Of a DNA stretch of 64,000 nt, positions 59,401-64,000 are shown one piece after another; the stretch's first letter is position 1; each line of letters starts with the position of its first letter. Below the pieces are notes generated by a model, which saw only the letters and a list, made by a program, of their open reading frames with translations, ran no database searches and had not been told where the DNA came from. The stretch spans positions 62,001 through 126,000 of the forward strand of contig DF237180.1 in assembly GCA_000708835.1 (NCBI GenBank), read 5' to 3'. The stretch is from Klebsormidium nitens. Lineage: Eukaryota; Plantae; Klebsormidiophyceae. The translations under genes and the position numbers were made by a program.

Positions 59401-62400
59401 GTAGAATTAGGTCTGTTTCTCCATTCTCGAATCTGCGGTCCACGATCTCGTTCTACCTTTTCCTTTTTGTGTGCTCAGTTCCAATCGTCTTTTCAATCCA
59501 GCGAGCGGTGGATCTAAATACCGGCGCTGACCAAGCTGACGTGCGATGCTGTTTTTGGTGACGGGTGGTGTCCCCTGGTTGTTCCATTTTGTGGTTCCTG
59601 CGCGCTCTGAAGAATATCACTTCGACGGTGGGCCCCTTTTGTGGCGGTTATCAGGGCGCATGACACCGTGCTCGAAGTGGATTCTTTTGTGCTTCTGATC
59701 TTTGTTGCTCTGAATCTGCATTGTGAGTTTACGATAGTGCTTTTGTGATAGTCAGTACGATCAGCGCCACCAGCTCGGCGTTCCGACTTTAGGGGGGCGC
59801 TCGACAGAGCGTTCGACGCCTGATCTTGGATTGCTTCCTCTCATTCCTTCAGAAATTCCTTCAATACGGCTTTGTGCATGAAACATGCAAATCAAGCTCT
59901 CGCTCCAAGCCGAAACGCCTTCGCAGGCTGCCGCACATTCCGTCTCATGTTCAATGGAATCTAGCAGATAACGGTTGTGTCATCCTAGGGCACTTGTTAC
60001 ACGGTTTCCGCCCTGGCTTGTCGCCCCACATGACCCTTTTCGTTACTGCCCACAAGATATTGGGGCAACAAAAAAGTACAAAACGATGGTCTCGAGATCG
60101 GTCCTGAAGCTGCGTGGCTGGACGTAACTTTCAACATGGTGGATCTGTGGCTCTACAGCTTGTGTACTTCCTATTTAAGCGGAAGTATTGATTAGAAATG
60201 ACAGTATGTTGTCCTAAAGAAGCGTGGGATAAGCCACGGAAGTGGCCCGACTTTTAACAAGTCTGATCGCAGATTGTCTGTTTATCCCCGCTCTGCAGTC
60301 GGTCCAGCTGTCCCCGTTCGAGCAGCAGCTGGTGCAGAAGACGTGGAAGCTTCTGCAACCCCGGTTAGCGGATCTGGGGCAAGCCGTCTTCACACAGTAA
60401 GGCCACCGGCATGTGTTCCAAACGGGGTTAAGGAGAACCCGTCAGAGGTCAATCCTGGCAGATTAGCTTGCGGAGGTCAGACGTACCAAGGTTTGAGCAA
60501 GAGAAGATGGCAAAGCCAGTGTGCTCCAAGCAGTCAATAAATTGTGGTTTTTATTTCGTCGATCCTACGCGCTTTATCTGCTCGCCGCTTTTCCTTTGTG
60601 GCTTTGCTTCCTAGGCCTGATAAGCTGCAATTCACCAATTGCAAGCACTGGTAAAATCCAGGCGCCCGTTCTGGTGCTTCTCCACTTCGAAAGGGCCAAC
60701 CTTCAACCTCGTCCGGTTTGGCAGTATTGTGCCTGTCTGCATTTCCTGAAGACAATTTGTCGGCCTTCGCCTCGCAGTCTGTTCCAGAAGGCGCCCAAAA
60801 CCCGCCCGCTGTACACGTGTCCGCTCCGGCTGGCGGACGGCGACCGCCGGACGCCGGACGGGCACGCCATCCCGACGCACGCGGTCGAGATCGTGTCCAC
60901 CGTTAGTTGCTAGACCCTGTTGCTTCATTTTCCAGAACAAATGAGTGTTTGCGGAGGAACATGTTGCGAACATGGGCGCGGCTGTTTGAATGCATGCGGT
61001 CAAGACTGTTGCCACCGCGAGTTACTGAACACCTAGACCGAAAGGGTTCAGTGAGATGTGGGCTTCCAACACGGGCTGGCCGCTGGTAACGTTAACCGTG
61101 TCCACGCTGAGTCTCTGGACATCAGGTATGGCCTTTTTAGAATAGTATGGAGTCCTTCGCGAAGAAAAGGAGAGTGGGTCCCCGCTCACGGCTTCAACCG
61201 TGATCGGTACTGCCTTCCATCGAAGACCATTGCTTTTGCATCTGCGGTGTCCAAAGTTTGCAAAGAAGAAAGAACGTTTGAAGGAAGGGGCACCTCATTG
61301 TGACGCACGCGGATGCGATTCTGTCACCACCGTGGGCCGTTGCTTCGCTCGTTGAGTTCAGGAGTACGTTAGCGCCCGCTGTGCTGCTCCTTCTCATTCC
61401 AGTGAAAGCGCGACATCAGGCTTCGTTCCTTTTTCTCAAATTGGTATTACTTGGCGCCTTAGTAACGTCGAACGAGCAGGTTCTGATGTTCTTTCCGTCA
61501 ACACGGTCGGAGTCTCTTGACGAGAATCCGAGTCCTTCTTTGTGGCTAGAAAACACCAAGATCGACAACAGCCAATCCCCTTGTTATGCGGGGAGACCGA
61601 ACAGTAGCTCCTCAGGGTACTCAAACAGCTAGCTAGCAAGTGTCAGGTCAAACACCTGAGACCATACAAGCAAACCGGAGCAGCAATGCCTACAGACGCC
61701 CCGACCAGCTTCCACAACCGGGTGCGAACCAGCTTCTTAACCCGTTGCAAACCCCTTTCCCGCCGCAGATCGGCCTGGCGGCGTGCCGCATCGGCAGCTC
61801 CTCTCGGATCCTGGCCGTCCTCGAGAGGCTGGGCCAGCGCCACGTGGCGTACGGAGCTGCTCCGGACATGTTCAGCGTCTTCAAGGAGGCGTTCCTCGTC
61901 GCCTTGAAGAAAACTCTAGGTGAAGCGGCGAAACTTGCTGACGTGGCGGCGGCGCCATCTCGAGTGCACAAATGCGCAGTTTCTGCCGCTTCTGTTATTT
62001 TGTGGGCGCCACAGGTGTAGGCCGAATGTAGAAGCGGTTGATCCGCATAGACTAAAGGACGGAGAAGAATCTGCGCGTGATTCACGTGACCTCCAGACAG
62101 ATTGTGGAAAAATTCTCCGAGAGGCCGCCGGCGAACCGGCCCCGTGGGCGGCCAAATCGCGGAGGCTCCCCTCTGATGGTCGCTCAGAAAGGGCACAAGC
62201 GGTTGAGGTCGCAGCGACACTCATTCGCCAGTCAAGTTGTCTATGACGCCTGCGTTTCACCGCGGGCAACCGTGGGCAGTGATCTCTTCTAAGGAACGAG
62301 TTTCAGAAGTAGGGTCACCAAATAGCGGACACGCGATCCGCTTCTCAAGCCCGAGTACCTACCTCGAAAGAGCACGCGAAAACCAGCAGTTTCACTCGGG

Positions 62401-62745
62401 TCGTCTTTCTGCGGTCGAGCAGCCGGCCGTTCTATCTTGATTTTGCCGCTCTACTTTTTCTTTCTAGACCTGTCGCAATCTGGAGGCAGTGTTCAGCTGC
62501 ATCTTGCCACTGTCAGCATCACGGCAGAAAGCTCGAGAACCCTCTCATCCTTCATGAGACTGCGACATACAAGAGACTTGAACCGACGCTGTGGTCTGAA
62601 GCACTTGCACCCGATCTGTTCTGCAGGGGGAGAGCACTTCACGGCGCAAGTCCACAAGGCTTGGTCCAAAGCCCTAGACTCCGTTGTTGCCCACTTGAAG
62701 AAGGGCCTTAAAAGGGGCATCGCCAGCACGAGGGCTAGTTCTTGA
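56500..62745 (+). CDS. RhoGAP (plant REN/PHGAP-type GAP domain) fused to a C-terminal 3/3 globin domain; about 461 aa from ATG 56500, 5' end uncertain
   Basis: Exons 56500-56770, 57144-57269, 58069-58207, 59031-59388 (GAP), then 60299-60396, 60778-60901, 61769-61919, 62627-62745 (globin); 1386 nt, all junctions in phase, one GC donor. GAP: GVPSMLEKALCFLETRGAVAEGILRKSADVEQVE, PHVVADCMKH, CCTALL, PEENRRLMHR|ILH, MSTDAVARCMAPLLLRP. Globin: LSPFEQQLVQKTWKLL, GQAVFTH|LFQKAPKTRPLY, PTHAVEIV, LERLGQRHVAYG, AWSKALDSVV. The RhoGAP and globin identities are each high confidence; the fusion junction is inferred. Confidence 0.72.
59167..59298 (+). repeat. Coding tandem repeat, 4 x (SGSFSGSRHG), ~33-bp unit, inside the RhoGAP domain
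   Basis: AGCGGCTC(C/G/A)TTTTCCGGCAGCCG(C/G/T)CACGG repeated four times in frame. Confidence 0.95.
60299..62745 (+). CDS. Globin domain (3-over-3 fold, phytoglobin-like intron positions) encoded by 4 exons
   Basis: SVQLSPFEQQLVQKTWKLLQPRLADLGQAVFTHLFQKAPKTRPLYTCPLRLADGDRRTPDGHAIPTHAVEIVSTIGLAACRIGSSSRILAVLERLGQRHVAYGAAPDMFSVFKEAFLVALKKTLGGEHFTAQVHKAWSKALDSVVAHLKKGLKRGIASTRASS*. A12 Trp, B10 Phe, C2 Pro, E7 His, F8 His and H8 Trp are recognisable; CD1 is Tyr. Confidence 0.93.
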
Positions 62746-64000
62746 CCACATACCGGTTTGCGTCAAACCTGAAAGCGGCGACTTTGCGCCCTGGTCCGAC
62801 TAACACTACATTAATCACCTATCAATCTCCAAGTAACCCGTCGATTCAAGTGTGAAACGGTTATAAGCACCGGTACCAGGTTAAACGCAAACCTGAGTAC
62901 TTTTACCCGCACTAACCGAAACCCTTGCTTGGAGGACCTTTGACCATTATTCGACTATTCGGAACGAGTGGTGATGGAGACCACATTTGAGAATGATCGG
63001 TGCTTCGTAATTGTCTTGAGGCCAGGAAGGGGGGGGGGGGATATTAAGTATCAGGTTGGAACATTTCCAAAGCATAGGAGTCAGCTGTTATAAGGTAACG
63101 CTTTGCTTCCTATTATGAGCGCTAGCTAGCGACTGCAGGAAGTATACGTTGACGATAATCAGATTACCCGTTCGCAAAAGTGTTAGACTACCCTTGTGAT
63201 GAGGATTGATAAATTGCTAACGACCTTTTTAAATTCAAACGTTGGGTCAAACATTAACCAATTGGACAGGCGTGACGGTCAAGTATATGGCCGTTCGCAT
63301 AGGTAGCAAGTAATGTCGCAAGAGGCACAGCAAGGTCGGTGGTGTTGTCAAATAAGGCCTTCAAACATTCATATAGGATCTGACACGAACAAATCCATCG
63401 ACATTACGATGGGCGGCCGATCGACTTCCTCTAGGTAACTTAAAGCTAGGTGGCACCTGTGTCCTAATTCTTGAACCCTTGCAGATCAGCACTGAGCATT
63501 TAATTTACAGCTAGCTAATCATGCGCTGAGATAGATCAGGGTCCAAGTGAATCATGGAGGCTTCAAGTGTGTCGGTGACCTTCGATATCGAGTATGGCGT
63601 GTCGACCAGATCCGACACAAGCTGCCATAAGTCGAGGCCGGACTGTATCGCGGGATCTTTGGAGCATTCAGCAAATTTACATGACCAAAGCGGGATCGAA
63701 AAAAGGATGATGCATATGTCATGCATGGTCTTGTCTAAGTACGACATGACACTTAGTAGCCAGATGGCAAGCTCGGGGCTAAACCGTGGCGGCAACGCCG
63801 GCTATCATTGCTTCAACGGGGGATCACGTTCCATGATAGCTATATCGTTGTGAACATCTACTGCTGCCTCCTGCTGCCTTTATAAAAGCCTAATTGCTTT
63901 CGAGGATGCACAGGATGAGTCGAGGCATTCCTCATGCAGCTTGGATCCACTCGACGCCTATCCTAACTTCTACTCTATTTTTTGCAACATTCATGATGTA

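Noticed and set aside
63511-63853. Overlapping ~95-100-aa ORFs near the window end
   Set aside because: No motifs and no supporting splice sites; cannot be judged without downstream sequence.
1-64000. tRNA, rRNA or autonomous transposon (transposase, RT, integrase) genes
   Set aside because: None recognised by eye; tRNAscan-SE, Infernal and TE-HMM searches would be needed to exclude them.

Overview
Eukaryotic, intron-rich genomic DNA with GC-rich exons and GT-AG introns. The plant-type EAF1, REN/PHGAP-type RhoGAP, FEY-like and steroleosin-like genes point to a streptophyte alga; a Klebsormidium-like source is my inference and is not verified. By hand-splicing exons and checking phase at every junction I reconstructed 10 protein-coding genes: (1) a 5'-partial orphan coiled-coil/Gly-His-Arg-rich gene; (2) EAF1 (HSA + SANT); (3) a divergent SUMO E2 (UBC9/SCE1-like) essentially absent from the ORF track; (4) an ankyrin-BTB protein; (5) an intron-containing, bacterial-type DUF429-like RNase H-fold protein; (6) a steroleosin/HSD-like SDR; (7) a kynurenine 3-monooxygenase-like flavoprotein; (8) a DUF2306 membrane protein; (9) a FEY-like SDR; (10) a REN-type RhoGAP domain that splices in phase into a complete 3/3 globin domain. 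The RhoGAP-globin fusion, a candidate haem/gas-sensing Rho (ROP) regulator, is the top finding. The second recurring signal is a set of degenerate tandem 'echoes' of exon-intron junctions, spaced about 85-175 bp apart and lying inside introns at 7 junctions. There is also a MITE-like inverted-repeat element, two GC-AG introns and one 20-N gap. All family assignments come from recognising motifs by eye; no database searches were run.
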